Shown here in pieces: positions 27,760 through 37,053 of a DNA stretch of 64,000 bases. Every line of letters begins with the position of its first letter. Position 1 is the first letter of the stretch. The DNA is taken from positions 1,289 to 65,288 of the forward strand of contig CAYFNR010000003.1 of the NCBI GenBank assembly GCA_964344605.1, read 5' to 3'. The position numbers were made by a program, and so were the translations under genes. The DNA comes from Candidatus Woesearchaeota archaeon. Lineage in GTDB: Archaea > Nanobdellota > Nanobdellia > UBA10117 > ARS21. A model generated the notes under the pieces. That model searched no databases. It was given only the letters and a program-made list of their open reading frames with translations, and was not told where the DNA came from.

Positions 27760-27972
27760 TTATTTCTCAAGACGCATATGTATTAGTGTGCCTATTCCAA
27801 AAGATATCGAGAGAAGTATTAGTGACTGTGCGTCGTTGAAAAGATGCTGCTCGGTCATAGCCAGAAAAGTCCCATCTCCCCAAGCAGCAGCCCATGCAGC
27901 AAAAAGAGCTAATACTCCAACCATTGCAGTAATCAAAGAAATCCAGTGTAAAATTGGAGACCACTTAATCAT
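27760..27972 (-). CDS. Small two-TM membrane protein (70 aa), function unknown
   Basis: Two clear hydrophobic helices (ILHWISLITAMVGVLALFAAWAAAW, SLILLSISFGIGTLI). Its stop abuts the cupredoxin stop. No homology recognised. Confidence 0.4.
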   Translation of the reverse strand: MIKWSPILHWISLITAMVGVLALFAAWAAAWGDGTFLAMTEQHLFNDAQSLILLSISFGIGTLIHMRLEK

Positions 27973-28041
27973 ATCAAAAAGTGATACCTATCATAGTAAT
28001 AGTTTGCCAAAATTTTTATATGTTTGAAGTAAACAAGAGAA

Positions 28042-28185
28042 GTGGTAAAAAAAGAAAAGGGTTTGTGGGTTTGTGAGGCATGTGGTTTCAAATACAAAAC
28101 AAAAGAATTAGCACAAAAATGTGAAGATTGGTGTATAGCTAATAAGAGCTGCAATTTAGAGATCACAAAAGACGCCGTAAAATGA
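28042..28185 (+). CDS. Small cysteine-rich (zinc-ribbon-like) protein, 47 aa, unannotated
   Basis: Hand translation from GTG 28042: VVKKEKGLWVCEACGFKYKTKELAQKCEDWCIANKSCNLEITKDAVK. TATA-like AAATTTTTATATG about 25 nt upstream. The stop overlaps the next ATG (ATGA). Confidence 0.4.
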   Translation: MVKKEKGLWVCEACGFKYKTKELAQKCEDWCIANKSCNLEITKDAVK

Positions 28186-28583
28186 AAAAAGTTCTCTTCG
28201 TTTGCCATGGAAATGTTGTGCGTAGCCAGATGGCTGAGGGATTTTACAATAAATTTGCAAAGAAAGGTAAGGCCACAAGCGCAGGAACACATTCCAGACT
28301 TGCAAACTTTGTATTTAAGCACCGTGCGGCTCGCACAGCAATTGAAGTTATGAAAGACGTTAATGTTGATATTTCAAAACATGGAGTTACGCAGTTGACT
28401 GAGGATATGGTAAAAAATGCAGATGAAGTTTATGTTCTCTGCCCCAAAATGGATTGTCCAAAATATTTACTAAATTCAAAAAAAGCAACTTTCTGGAAAA
28501 TTAAAGATCCCTTATTATACGGAATTGACTTCACCAAAAAAATTAGAGACAAGATTAAGAAGAAAGTTTTAAATATTGTATGA
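28182..28583 (+). CDS. Low-molecular-weight phosphotyrosine phosphatase / ArsC-type arsenate reductase family protein
   Basis: CX5R(S) P-loop at the N-terminus: VLFVCHGNVVRSQMAEGF. 133 aa. Confidence 0.75.
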   Translation: MKKVLFVCHGNVVRSQMAEGFYNKFAKKGKATSAGTHSRLANFVFKHRAARTAIEVMKDVNVDISKHGVTQLTEDMVKNADEVYVLCPKMDCPKYLLNSKKATFWKIKDPLLYGIDFTKKIRDKIKKKVLNIV

Positions 28584-28596
28584 ATTAAAAATCAAC

Positions 28597-28989
28597 ATGA
28601 AACTTAAGAAAAGAACCTTGTGGGCCGGCCTTGTAATTATTATCATAGCCTTCGCCGGAGTCAAAATCACAGGTTACGCCACAAGCAGTCCGGGCCAATA
28701 TGACAATTTTGCACAATGTCTTACAGATGAAGATGTAAAGATGTATGGAGCGTACTGGTGTCCTCACTGTAACAATCAAAAACGCACATTTGGAGACAGC
28801 TGGAAATACATTAATTACATCGAATGTTCTTTGCCCGACCGGGGCGGACAAACTCAAGAATGCGCGCAAGAAGGAATAACTGGATATCCAACTTGGGAGT
28901 TCTCTGACGGCTCAAGGATAAGTGGAGAAGTTCCTTTTGAAACTCTTGCAGCACGTAGCGGCTGCGAGCTTACTGATCAGGCTTCGTAA
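28597..28989 (+). CDS. Membrane-anchored extracytoplasmic thioredoxin-like oxidoreductase (VKOR-partner-type Trx domain)
   Basis: N-terminal TM anchor (LWAGLVIIIIAFAGV). YGAYWCPHCNNQKRTFG...YIEC...GQTQECAQEGITGYPTWEF resembles the Trx-like domain fused to bacterial VKOR homologues. Confidence 0.65.
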   Translation: MKLKKRTLWAGLVIIIIAFAGVKITGYATSSPGQYDNFAQCLTDEDVKMYGAYWCPHCNNQKRTFGDSWKYINYIECSLPDRGGQTQECAQEGITGYPTWEFSDGSRISGEVPFETLAARSGCELTDQAS

Positions 28990-30325
28990 TATTTAGATTT
29001 TTGATTATTGCGGACGGAACTTCTGACGGAATTTCTGCTTCCCATCCTTCTACTTTCTGAACAGTTTTTTTGTCCCCAAGGGATTTGATGTTTTTGAACA
29101 CATTAATCATGTTGTCTGATATTCTAATACCTCCAACAGTTCCGACAATCTCTCCGTTTTTAACCAAAAAGATGGTGTCTCTAGGGAGGGTAGAAAAATC
29201 TCCTGTTTTGTAATTTTGAAATCGTGTGTACCAAAGGTTTGTAACATAAAGACCATTTTTCAGCTCTGAAAGAAGTTTCCGCTGAGAGATCTTGCCCGCA
29301 CTTACGACAAGGTTCGTTGGCCTTGGAAACAAAACTCCTGCATTGCTTGTTGACTTTGTATTATGTCTGTTCGCGGTTGAGGTATTGTGCAAATAGCTCT
29401 TCAAAACACCTTTGGAAATAACTGTTGTCCTCCTTGTTGGCCTGCCTTCGTCGTCAAACGCCGCGCTACTTATGCCTCCAGGAAGGTTGCCGTAATCATA
29501 CAAATTTAAGTTGGGATTTGCAACTTTCTTGCCAAGTTTCCCTCCAAAAAAAGAGCTCTCAGTCTCAACATTGAACATGCTCGCTGAAGATCCAACTTGG
29601 TTAACAAGGACTGCAAAAGGAAGTTGGTCAAAAAGCACATCATATTTTCCGGCTGTAATCTGATGCGTACCCAATGATCTTGCCATCTTGGCAACATCTG
29701 TAGCTTCTCTAACCATATCCAAAGGTTTGAAATCCGCAAGATTTCTTGCAACTGCAATCCTATGTGCAGAAGAGTCTCCAGCAAATACTCTAAAAGACAA
29801 CTTGATATCTGTACTTCTTTCCGACACGTCAACATTATTTGAAGTAACAAGTCTGGTTTCTCCAAAAGAATGCTCTAAATTTCCGGAGCAACGAGTTGCG
29901 CCACTTTCCAAAGCCTGACTTATGGATTCAACAAGAATATTTGTGTCTTTGGTCTCTAGGTTTAGAATTTTTTTATCAAATATGAGAGGGACTTTTTTGT
30001 ATTTGAAAGGTCCTTTGGCAATTGAATAATAATTTTTGTTAGGTGGTGTCAACTTAACAAAGTTGAGTAGCTTTTTCAATCTAGCATCAATTTTAGATTT
30101 ACTTTCAAATGGAACACTTGTGAAACCGGTCTGCATTTCTCCACGTTTCCCAACTGCGACAAAAACCACAAGACCTTCGTCAACCCAATTTTTAGTCATC
30201 ACAATTTCGTTATTCACAAATTTCTGTTGCACAGCATCGCTTCTCGAGGCAGTTATTAATGTGTCCTCTGCTCCGAGAGATTTTATCTTTCTCAAAACAT
30301 AATCCTGGGCTTCATAAATTTCCAT
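28970..30325 (-). CDS. pmbA: PmbA/TldE family metalloprotease component
   Basis: TldD/PmbA-fold length (451 aa) and C-terminal pattern. No HExxxH of its own. Its ATG overlaps the tldD stop by 1 nt. Confidence 0.8.
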   Translation of the reverse strand: MEIYEAQDYVLRKIKSLGAEDTLITASRSDAVQQKFVNNEIVMTKNWVDEGLVVFVAVGKRGEMQTGFTSVPFESKSKIDARLKKLLNFVKLTPPNKNYYSIAKGPFKYKKVPLIFDKKILNLETKDTNILVESISQALESGATRCSGNLEHSFGETRLVTSNNVDVSERSTDIKLSFRVFAGDSSAHRIAVARNLADFKPLDMVREATDVAKMARSLGTHQITAGKYDVLFDQLPFAVLVNQVGSSASMFNVETESSFFGGKLGKKVANPNLNLYDYGNLPGGISSAAFDDEGRPTRRTTVISKGVLKSYLHNTSTANRHNTKSTSNAGVLFPRPTNLVVSAGKISQRKLLSELKNGLYVTNLWYTRFQNYKTGDFSTLPRDTIFLVKNGEIVGTVGGIRISDNMINVFKNIKSLGDKKTVQKVEGWEAEIPSEVPSAIIKNLNITKPDQ

Positions 30326-31764
30326 TATATTCTCACCCCTTTAAGCAGCAAAGCTGGTCCACCAAAATACACAGGTATGCCTTGCATTGGCTCCCCCTTA
30401 CCACAGTTTCCAGTAGTCATGCCATAAGTCTTCTTACTGCCTAGAGCTCCAACAGAACTCCACATCTTATCTGCAGTTATCTCCAGAGCAGGCCTCCAAA
30501 CTGGACCTGCAAGCTTTCCATTTTTAATTAAATGCGCTTCACTTCCAACGGCTTTGAAATTTATTCTTCGGTCGTCTATATTCCACTCCATAAAATTTTT
30601 AATGTAAATTCCATGTTTTGCTTCCTCAAAAAGTTCCTTGAGACTGTGCCTTCGCGGGACAACGTAAGTGTTTGCCATTCTAACTATTGGTTCTCTATTG
30701 TATGAGCTAGCTCTTGACGATCCGTTGCTTTTTGTCCCAAAAACATGGGCGGTTTCCCTATTATGATACAGATCATTGATTCTTCCCTTTTTGATAAGCA
30801 TCCTTTTCCTCGCTTTTACACCTTCATCATCATAGAGATAAAATCCAGCAGAATTTTTGATCCTTGGATCATCTGCAATCGATACTACACTTGCACCCAC
30901 TTTTTCTCCTATCATTTCAGGTTTAATGAATGACCCTCCGGCTTGAGCTGCTTCGCGGCCAAGAACTCTATCTGCCTCGTAAGGATGCCCAACAGATTCA
31001 TGAACCATAATTCCCGTAATCTCGGAATCAACAACAACATTTGCTTCCCCTTTGGGAGCCTCGACTGCTTTGGAGATATTTTCTCCCAAAGCCTTAACTT
31101 CATCAACAATTGTTTTCTGCAAATTCCATTTTTTGACAGCTTCCCAACCAGCGGAGGCTCCGAGAGAATTCCACCTTTGTCCACTACGCCCTTTTGCATT
31201 TATATTGTAAAAATAAAACATCTCTATGTAAGGTTTACTAAACCTTATTCTTGCACCATCTGAGTTTACATAATATTTCTCAGAAAAGGAATCTGCCATA
31301 TACAAAGAAGTTGAAGATGCAGGATATCTAAGAGAAGACATCTTTTTGTGGAGATCTGACAAAATTTCGATCTTTTCTTTTTCTGAAACATTACTGACAT
31401 CCTTCTTCGGACGAACAGCGTACTTCTTCCTGTAAACTTTTTCCTTTGAGAGCCCAATTGGCTCTTTAACTGTGGAAGAAGAGTACCTTGCGGAATCTAT
31501 TGCTTTATTGATTAGTCTGGAAATTTCTACACGATCAAACCTTGGAGTCGAAATAAATCCTTGTGAGCCGTTAATAGAGAACCTTACAGATAATCCTTTG
31601 GCTTCATCAAAACTTGAGGATGTTGGAATCCCATTGTCCAAACCGAACCCCGAACCGCTGACTTTTTCCAATCTGGCCTCTGCCCAATCTGCTCCAACTT
31701 TTTGAGCGAACTTAACTGCATAATTAGCAAAATCTGCTAAGTGGTTAACTGTATTGTCAGCCAT
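30325..31764 (-). CDS. tldD: TldD family metalloprotease
   Basis: HESVGHPYEADRV (HExxxH zinc site), GNCGKGEPMQ and GGPALLLKGVRI C-terminal pattern. Confidence 0.85.
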   Translation of the reverse strand: MADNTVNHLADFANYAVKFAQKVGADWAEARLEKVSGSGFGLDNGIPTSSSFDEAKGLSVRFSINGSQGFISTPRFDRVEISRLINKAIDSARYSSSTVKEPIGLSKEKVYRKKYAVRPKKDVSNVSEKEKIEILSDLHKKMSSLRYPASSTSLYMADSFSEKYYVNSDGARIRFSKPYIEMFYFYNINAKGRSGQRWNSLGASAGWEAVKKWNLQKTIVDEVKALGENISKAVEAPKGEANVVVDSEITGIMVHESVGHPYEADRVLGREAAQAGGSFIKPEMIGEKVGASVVSIADDPRIKNSAGFYLYDDEGVKARKRMLIKKGRINDLYHNRETAHVFGTKSNGSSRASSYNREPIVRMANTYVVPRRHSLKELFEEAKHGIYIKNFMEWNIDDRRINFKAVGSEAHLIKNGKLAGPVWRPALEITADKMWSSVGALGSKKTYGMTTGNCGKGEPMQGIPVYFGGPALLLKGVRI

Positions 31765-31810
31765 ATAACTTAAAACATATTGTCTTATTTAAATCTTAAC
31801 TTGGAAACCA

Positions 31811-31819
31811 TTTTATATA
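31811..31819 (+). promoter_or_regulatory. TATA-like box for the HExxH-protein operon
   Basis: TTTTATATA centred about 24 nt upstream of ATG 31839. Confidence 0.45.
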
Positions 31820-31838
31820 CTCAAGACTACATTGTAGC

Positions 31839-32744
31839 ATGACTCATTTGACAATAAAAGGGCATTTTGATGTAAATTATGTTGAAGCTGCTCTTCTTGA
31901 AGTTCTGCTTCTGTGGAAAATTCCAAAGAACATTGAAGAGATATTGGTTATTGACGATCCAAAATATTATAGGTCTATAGAAAGCCACATTCCAAAAGAA
32001 ATTCGCAAAGATTTTAGAGAGGCTTACAAAGAAGACCCGACCTCTATGTCAATGACTTGGAAAAATTTTGATTTAGTCATTATTAGCATCTCAAAGAAAA
32101 ATGAAGCTTATTTGAAGAAAAACAAAAAGGCCTTGACTGGATTGTTTGCCCATGAACTTATGCATATTCATCTACGACGAAAGGGACTCGACACCCAAAT
32201 TAGAAAAGATGCAATAGCAGCTTTCAAGAGATTCTCACTCAAACTTACAAAACTTAAACGGTATCCAGCAAAGGATTTAGTAACGCTTTACTCTGAAGTA
32301 GGTAGAGCGGCCAATTTCGTGCTCAAAGACATATATGCAAACTCAAAATTAGTTGACTTGGGACTAGGGGAGTATATCTTGGAAGATTACCGCAACCTCT
32401 ACTCAACCAAAAAGACCTGTCCTGTAAATATATTTTCATACAACTTAAAAAACAAAGACGAAAATACTTTGAAACATCTTCTACCTGCTTTGATTTTTGA
32501 ATTGGAGCTGCTACCAGCTATCGTGCCTTTTATAGGAATGTATCACAACAAGAGAACAAAGCGCAGAGAAATTAAAAATTTTCTAAATCACTTAAGTAAA
32601 TGCTATGAAATAAATGCCATAGATATAGCGAAAGCGTATGATGATATAATACAATTTTCTGCCAAGGAAGTTAAAAACACACGGAAGTTTAGGCAGAAGT
32701 TTTATAGTATGCTTTTCAACAAAATATACGAGCTGATTAGATAA
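31839..32744 (+). CDS. Hypothetical protein with HExxH motif (putative zinc metallopeptidase)
   Basis: LTGLFAHELMHIHLRRKG is the only recognisable motif. 301 aa, soluble-looking. TAATG coupling to the next gene. Confidence 0.5.
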   Translation: MTHLTIKGHFDVNYVEAALLEVLLLWKIPKNIEEILVIDDPKYYRSIESHIPKEIRKDFREAYKEDPTSMSMTWKNFDLVIISISKKNEAYLKKNKKALTGLFAHELMHIHLRRKGLDTQIRKDAIAAFKRFSLKLTKLKRYPAKDLVTLYSEVGRAANFVLKDIYANSKLVDLGLGEYILEDYRNLYSTKKTCPVNIFSYNLKNKDENTLKHLLPALIFELELLPAIVPFIGMYHNKRTKRREIKNFLNHLSKCYEINAIDIAKAYDDIIQFSAKEVKNTRKFRQKFYSMLFNKIYELIR

Positions 32745-33427
32745 TGGTGCTAAACTTCGTGTACGGTGGTCTCCTTGGAGTCGCACACTTTGTAAGTGAT
32801 AGGTTGGCCACACATAAGCAGTACCAAACAGAGATTCGCTCACTTGCTGCAGGAGTCTCCCTGACTTACTTATTAATTTACCTCCTGCCTGAATTGTATG
32901 GCGGGGTTGTTGAGGTAGAAAGGCTACTTTTCCTGTTTGTGCTGCTTGGAGCAACAGCTTTCCATCTGATTGAAAAATATTTATACCAGCACGAACGAAA
33001 AGAGAAATTGATTTTTGAGATCAGGGCAGCGCATACCATATTCTTCTTTATCTATCATTTCATAATCGGAATTATATTGGTAGCTATTAATGCAGTCAGT
33101 TACATATCTGGTTTATTATTCTTCATCCCAATTTTGTTCTATACTGCTGCGAGCCAGGTTTCTCTACATCAGCTTCATGCCAACATTACAGAAAGAATGG
33201 TTGTTCGATTGATACTTTCCAGTTCCACATTGTTTGGCGTCGTTCTTGCAACTTTATTTTCCGTCCCGACAAGAATCTATTTTCCCCTACTGGCATTTAT
33301 TGCCGGAGCATTGCTGTACAATGTAATGGTGGATGTCATACCAAAAGAAAAAGAAGGAAACATTCTGTTCTTCTTGTTTGGAACAATAGCTTATACGGCC
33401 GTGATTCTGACTCTTGGAGGGTTCTGA
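32744..33427 (+). CDS. Polytopic integral membrane protein (possibly ZIP-like metal transporter; weak)
   Basis: 6-7 hydrophobic helices, His-rich cytoplasmic loop (YLYQHERKEK), C-terminal AFIAGALLYNVMVDVIPKE reminiscent of the ZIP TM segment. The canonical HNxPEG is absent. Confidence 0.4.
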   Translation: MVLNFVYGGLLGVAHFVSDRLATHKQYQTEIRSLAAGVSLTYLLIYLLPELYGGVVEVERLLFLFVLLGATAFHLIEKYLYQHERKEKLIFEIRAAHTIFFFIYHFIIGIILVAINAVSYISGLLFFIPILFYTAASQVSLHQLHANITERMVVRLILSSSTLFGVVLATLFSVPTRIYFPLLAFIAGALLYNVMVDVIPKEKEGNILFFLFGTIAYTAVILTLGGF

Positions 33428-33467
33428 GCGGAAAGGCTTATTAACTAAAAAATTCCTAGATTCTTTG

Positions 33468-33704
33468 ATGCCAAAAGTGACCATATATTCAACACCTACT
33501 TGTGTCTGGTGTGACAAGGTAAAAGAATTCTTTAAGGCAAACAAAGTAAAATACAGTGAAGTGGATGTTACAAAAGATCCTGCCAAAGCGCAAGAAATGA
33601 TTGAAAAGTCCGGTCAAATGGGTGTACCAGTTATAGAAGTAGATGATGATATTATAATAGGGTTTGACAAAGCCCGTCTGAAAAAGCTGCTCAAATTGAG
33701 CTGA
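33468..33704 (+). CDS. Glutaredoxin-like protein
   Basis: VTIYSTPTCVWCDKVKEFF ... GQMGVPVIEVDDDIIIGFD (CxxC plus GVP cis-Pro region). Start taken at MPKVTIY. Confidence 0.75.
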   Translation: MPKVTIYSTPTCVWCDKVKEFFKANKVKYSEVDVTKDPAKAQEMIEKSGQMGVPVIEVDDDIIIGFDKARLKKLLKLS

Positions 33705-33737
33705 ACACAAAAACATTAAATATTCTCAAGCAATATT

Positions 33738-34988
33738 ATGATTATGGGAAAAATAAATCCTTTCAAGGTTGCTCTTAAGCAATTAGACTGGGCAGCAAAA
33801 GAATTAGATTTAGATAAGAAAACTAAAAAACTTCTAAGAAAACCTAAAAACCTCCATACATTCAGACTCGTTGTCCGTATGGATAGTGGTAAGTTGAAAT
33901 TTTTACGTGGTTTCCGTTGCCAATACAATAACGCCCTTGGACCATTCAAAGGAGGGATAAGATATCATCCTGAAGAAACAGTTGATACAGTAAAAGCTCT
34001 CGCAACTTGGATGGCTTGGAAATGTGCTGTGGTAGATATACCTTTGGGTGGAGGAAAAGGAGGAATAATCTGCGATCCCAAAAACATGTCCGAAAAAGAA
34101 CTTGAAAGAATGAGTCGCGCGTATGTTAAAAAGATATACAAACATATCGGTCCCTGGAAAGACATACCTGCCCCTGATGTATACACTAACTCTCAAACCA
34201 TGGCTTGGATGCTTGACGAATATGAAAAGCAAGTAGGACATAGCGCTCCAGGAGCCTTTACTGGCAAACCCTTAGAAGTTGGTGGCTCTTTTGGAAGAAC
34301 AGAAGCAACCGGACGAGGAGTTGTAATCACCATAAGAGAAGTGTTGAAGGAACTGAAAATGAACCCAAAAAGAACAACAGCTGCAATACAGGGCTTCGGT
34401 AGTGTGGGACAGTATGCAGCAAAGTTCCTAGAAGAACTCGGTGTAAGGGTTGTGGCTTTGAGCGATTCAAAAGGAGGAGTATTCAATTCAAGAGGAATTA
34501 AGTTTTTGGACGCATTGGAACACAAAAAAGATAAGAAAGAATTGAAGGGACTTGCTGGAACCACGGCAATAACTAACGAAGACTTGCTGGAGTTAGATGT
34601 TGACATTCTTGTTCCGGCCGCTTTGGAAAATGTAATAACAAAACACAACGCCAAAAATATTAAAGCAAGGATTGTTGCTGAGGGTGCCAATGGACCAACA
34701 ACCACGGAAGCGGACGAAATTTTATTCAAGAATAAAGTATTTGTACTTCCCGATATCCTTTGCAATGCAGGTGGTGTAATAGTAAGTTACTTTGAATGGG
34801 TACAGAACCTTTATGGCTACCATTGGGACGAAAAGGAAGTTAATGAAAAATTGGACAAGATCCTGACCAATGCTTCCAAAAAAGTGATAAGTGAACACGC
34901 GCGACGAAAGATTGACATGCGCAAGGCCGCTTATCTCATTGCAGTTCAGCGCGTTGCGGACGCAATGAAAAAACGTGGGTGGTGCTGA
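33738..34988 (+). CDS. gdhA: Glutamate dehydrogenase
   Basis: GPFKGGIRYHP, IPLGGGKGG, GFGSVGQY Rossmann motif. 416 aa. Confidence 0.9.
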   Translation: MIMGKINPFKVALKQLDWAAKELDLDKKTKKLLRKPKNLHTFRLVVRMDSGKLKFLRGFRCQYNNALGPFKGGIRYHPEETVDTVKALATWMAWKCAVVDIPLGGGKGGIICDPKNMSEKELERMSRAYVKKIYKHIGPWKDIPAPDVYTNSQTMAWMLDEYEKQVGHSAPGAFTGKPLEVGGSFGRTEATGRGVVITIREVLKELKMNPKRTTAAIQGFGSVGQYAAKFLEELGVRVVALSDSKGGVFNSRGIKFLDALEHKKDKKELKGLAGTTAITNEDLLELDVDILVPAALENVITKHNAKNIKARIVAEGANGPTTTEADEILFKNKVFVLPDILCNAGGVIVSYFEWVQNLYGYHWDEKEVNEKLDKILTNASKKVISEHARRKIDMRKAAYLIAVQRVADAMKKRGWC

Positions 34989-35896
34989 TGAAATATGATG
35001 TAATAATTATTGGTGGCGGGACGGCAGGGTTAGGTGCTGCGCTTTACTGCGCCAGATACACACTCAAAACATTGTTGATTGCGAAAGAATTTGGAGGCAC
35101 TGGAAACATAGCTCACAAAGTTGACAATTGGATTGGAGAGCCAGGGATTGCTGGACCAGAGCTTATGAAGAAATTCATAAAACATGTTGATGCCTACAAA
35201 GTTCCTAAGGTAGAAGCTGAGGTTACAGATATAAAGAAACTTTCGGACGGGAGCTTTTCTGTTAAAGCCGGCAAGACATACCGTGCTAAAGCCGTAATAT
35301 ATGCTTTAGGGATGAAACACAGGGAACTTAATGTTCCTGGAGAAAAAGAGTTTTCTGGAAAAGGCGTACACTACTGCTACACCTGTGACGGCCCAATCTA
35401 TGGTAAAAAAGTTGTTGGAATTGTTGGAGGGGGAGATTCGGCAGGACTTGGAACTTTGTTCATGTCAGACTACGCGAAACAAGTTTATGTTTTCGTAAGA
35501 AAGCCATTTATGAGAGCAGAGCCAATAACTCAACAGCAGATATCAAAATTAAAAAATGCTAAAATAATGTTTGAAACTGAGGTTGCTGAATTCTTCGGAG
35601 ACAAATTTCTTAAGGGAGTTAAATTCAAGAATGGAAAGACAATGGAATTAGATGGAGTGTTCATAGAGATAGGGCACATTCCTTTAAGTGCACTTGCCAA
35701 GAAGTTGAGAATCAAGACAAACGAACACGGCTTTATCAAAGTTGACCGCAGCCAAAGGACGAATGTAAAGGGCTTCTGCGCCGCTGGGGACGCCACTGAC
35801 ATGCACACTTTAAAGCAATTTATAACAACTGCTTCTGAGGGTTCGGTCGCAGCTGAGTCAATTTATAGATATGTAATTCAAGGCAAATGGAAGTAA
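34988..35896 (+). CDS. trxB: Thioredoxin reductase
   Basis: YDVIIIGGGTAGLGAALY (FAD), redox-active CYTCDG, VGGGDSA (NADPH), AAGDATD. ATG 34988 overlaps the gdhA stop (TGATG). Confidence 0.85.
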   Translation: MKYDVIIIGGGTAGLGAALYCARYTLKTLLIAKEFGGTGNIAHKVDNWIGEPGIAGPELMKKFIKHVDAYKVPKVEAEVTDIKKLSDGSFSVKAGKTYRAKAVIYALGMKHRELNVPGEKEFSGKGVHYCYTCDGPIYGKKVVGIVGGGDSAGLGTLFMSDYAKQVYVFVRKPFMRAEPITQQQISKLKNAKIMFETEVAEFFGDKFLKGVKFKNGKTMELDGVFIEIGHIPLSALAKKLRIKTNEHGFIKVDRSQRTNVKGFCAAGDATDMHTLKQFITTASEGSVAAESIYRYVIQGKWK

Positions 35897-35948
35897 GAAC
35901 AAAAGATTAATTGGTAAGTATTATAAAATTCCATCTGCTTCTTCTTTT

Positions 35949-36074
35949 ATGGCCAAGAAGCGTGTCAAAGAAGATCCAGCTAAAGAAATACTAAAAGAAC
36001 TCAAAAAGTATTACAGAGGGACTCCGCGCGTAAAGGCCAAAACTAATTTTGGAGATGAGTGTTGTCAGAAGTAA
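35949..36074 (+). CDS. Possible small basic protein, 41 aa (MAKKRVKEDPAKEILKELKKYYRGTPRVKAKTNFGDECCQK)
   Basis: ATG preceded by GTATTATAAAATT at the usual ~25 nt spacing, in an otherwise unexplained 179-nt gap. No homology recognised. Confidence 0.3.
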   Translation: MAKKRVKEDPAKEILKELKKYYRGTPRVKAKTNFGDECCQK

Positions 36075-36075
36075 C

Positions 36076-36693
36076 TCATCTTTTAGGTTGTAGAAAATTC
36101 TTACTAACTTGGTCCCAATTGACAACATTCCACCAAGCATCTATATATTTTGGACGCATGTTCTTGTAGCGAAGATAATATGCGTGCTCCCAAACATCCA
36201 AACATAAAATAGGCGTTTTCCCTTCACTTAAAGGACTATCTTGATTTGGTGTACCTATAACTTCCAGTTTGCCATTGTTTACCACTAACCATGCCCAGCC
36301 AGAACCAAAGCGAGTTGCTGCAGCTTTAGAGAATTCCTCTTTGAAATTTTCAAAACTTCCAAAGGTGGACTTAATTGCGTCTGCGACTTCACCACTCGGT
36401 TGGCCGCCCTTGTTTGGGCCCATAACAGTCCAGAAAAAGGAGTGATTCACATGCCCTCCAACATTGTTCCTAACAGCTGTTCTTACGTTCGCAGGGACAC
36501 CATTTAAATTCTTTAGAATTTCTTCAGCAGATAACTTTTGCAATTTAGTCTGACTTCCAAGAACCTTGTTTGAACTGTTAACATAAGCTTGATGATGTTT
36601 TGCGTGATGTATCTTCATTGTCTCTTTGTCTATGTGCGGTTCCAGAGCACTGTATGAATAAGGAAGTTTGGGGAGAGTAAACACCATTGACAC
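36076..36693 (-). CDS. sod: Fe/Mn superoxide dismutase
   Basis: [40 protein letters not shown]. Confidence 0.9.
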   Translation of the reverse strand: MSMVFTLPKLPYSYSALEPHIDKETMKIHHAKHHQAYVNSSNKVLGSQTKLQKLSAEEILKNLNGVPANVRTAVRNNVGGHVNHSFFWTVMGPNKGGQPSGEVADAIKSTFGSFENFKEEFSKAAATRFGSGWAWLVVNNGKLEVIGTPNQDSPLSEGKTPILCLDVWEHAYYLRYKNMRPKYIDAWWNVVNWDQVSKNFLQPKR

Positions 36694-36765
36694 TTTAACA
36701 GTGGCCAGTTTATTTAAGTATTACTGTGTCGTAAAATTTAAAAGGTTGAGTAGCGATTGCCTCAA

Positions 36766-37026
36766 ATGGCCAAATACAAGATATCAATAGACTTAGATGA
36801 ATGTATAGCTGCAATATCTTGCATTGCTGTAGCTGATGAACTTTGGGAGTTGGGTCCAGATCAAAAAGCCCATCTTAAAATTGGAAAAATTGTTAAAGAA
36901 GGGAACATTGAACATGCTATAGTCTCTGAAGAGGAACTTAAAGCCGCTGGAGTTTCAATCGAAGATATGAATGAATCGGCGGCCGTCTGTCCAACAGCAG
37001 CAATCAAAATCGAAAAAGTGGAATGA
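36766..37026 (+). CDS. Small ferredoxin-like protein (degenerate cluster motif)
   Basis: DLDECIAAISCIAVAD ... AAVCPTAAI resembles single-cluster Fer4-type proteins, but only 3 Cys are present. ATG 36766 has AAAATTTAAAAGG about 25 nt upstream. Confidence 0.45.
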   Translation: MAKYKISIDLDECIAAISCIAVADELWELGPDQKAHLKIGKIVKEGNIEHAIVSEEELKAAGVSIEDMNESAAVCPTAAIKIEKVE

Positions 37027-37053
37027 TGAATTTATTCTAACTAACAAATTTTG

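Noticed and set aside
34988-35896. Could this flavoprotein be the missing E3 (dihydrolipoamide dehydrogenase)?
   Set aside because: 303 aa with a CxxC (CYTC) in the NADPH domain is the low-Mr thioredoxin reductase architecture. E3 is about 460 aa with the disulfide near the N-terminal FAD motif and a dimerisation domain.
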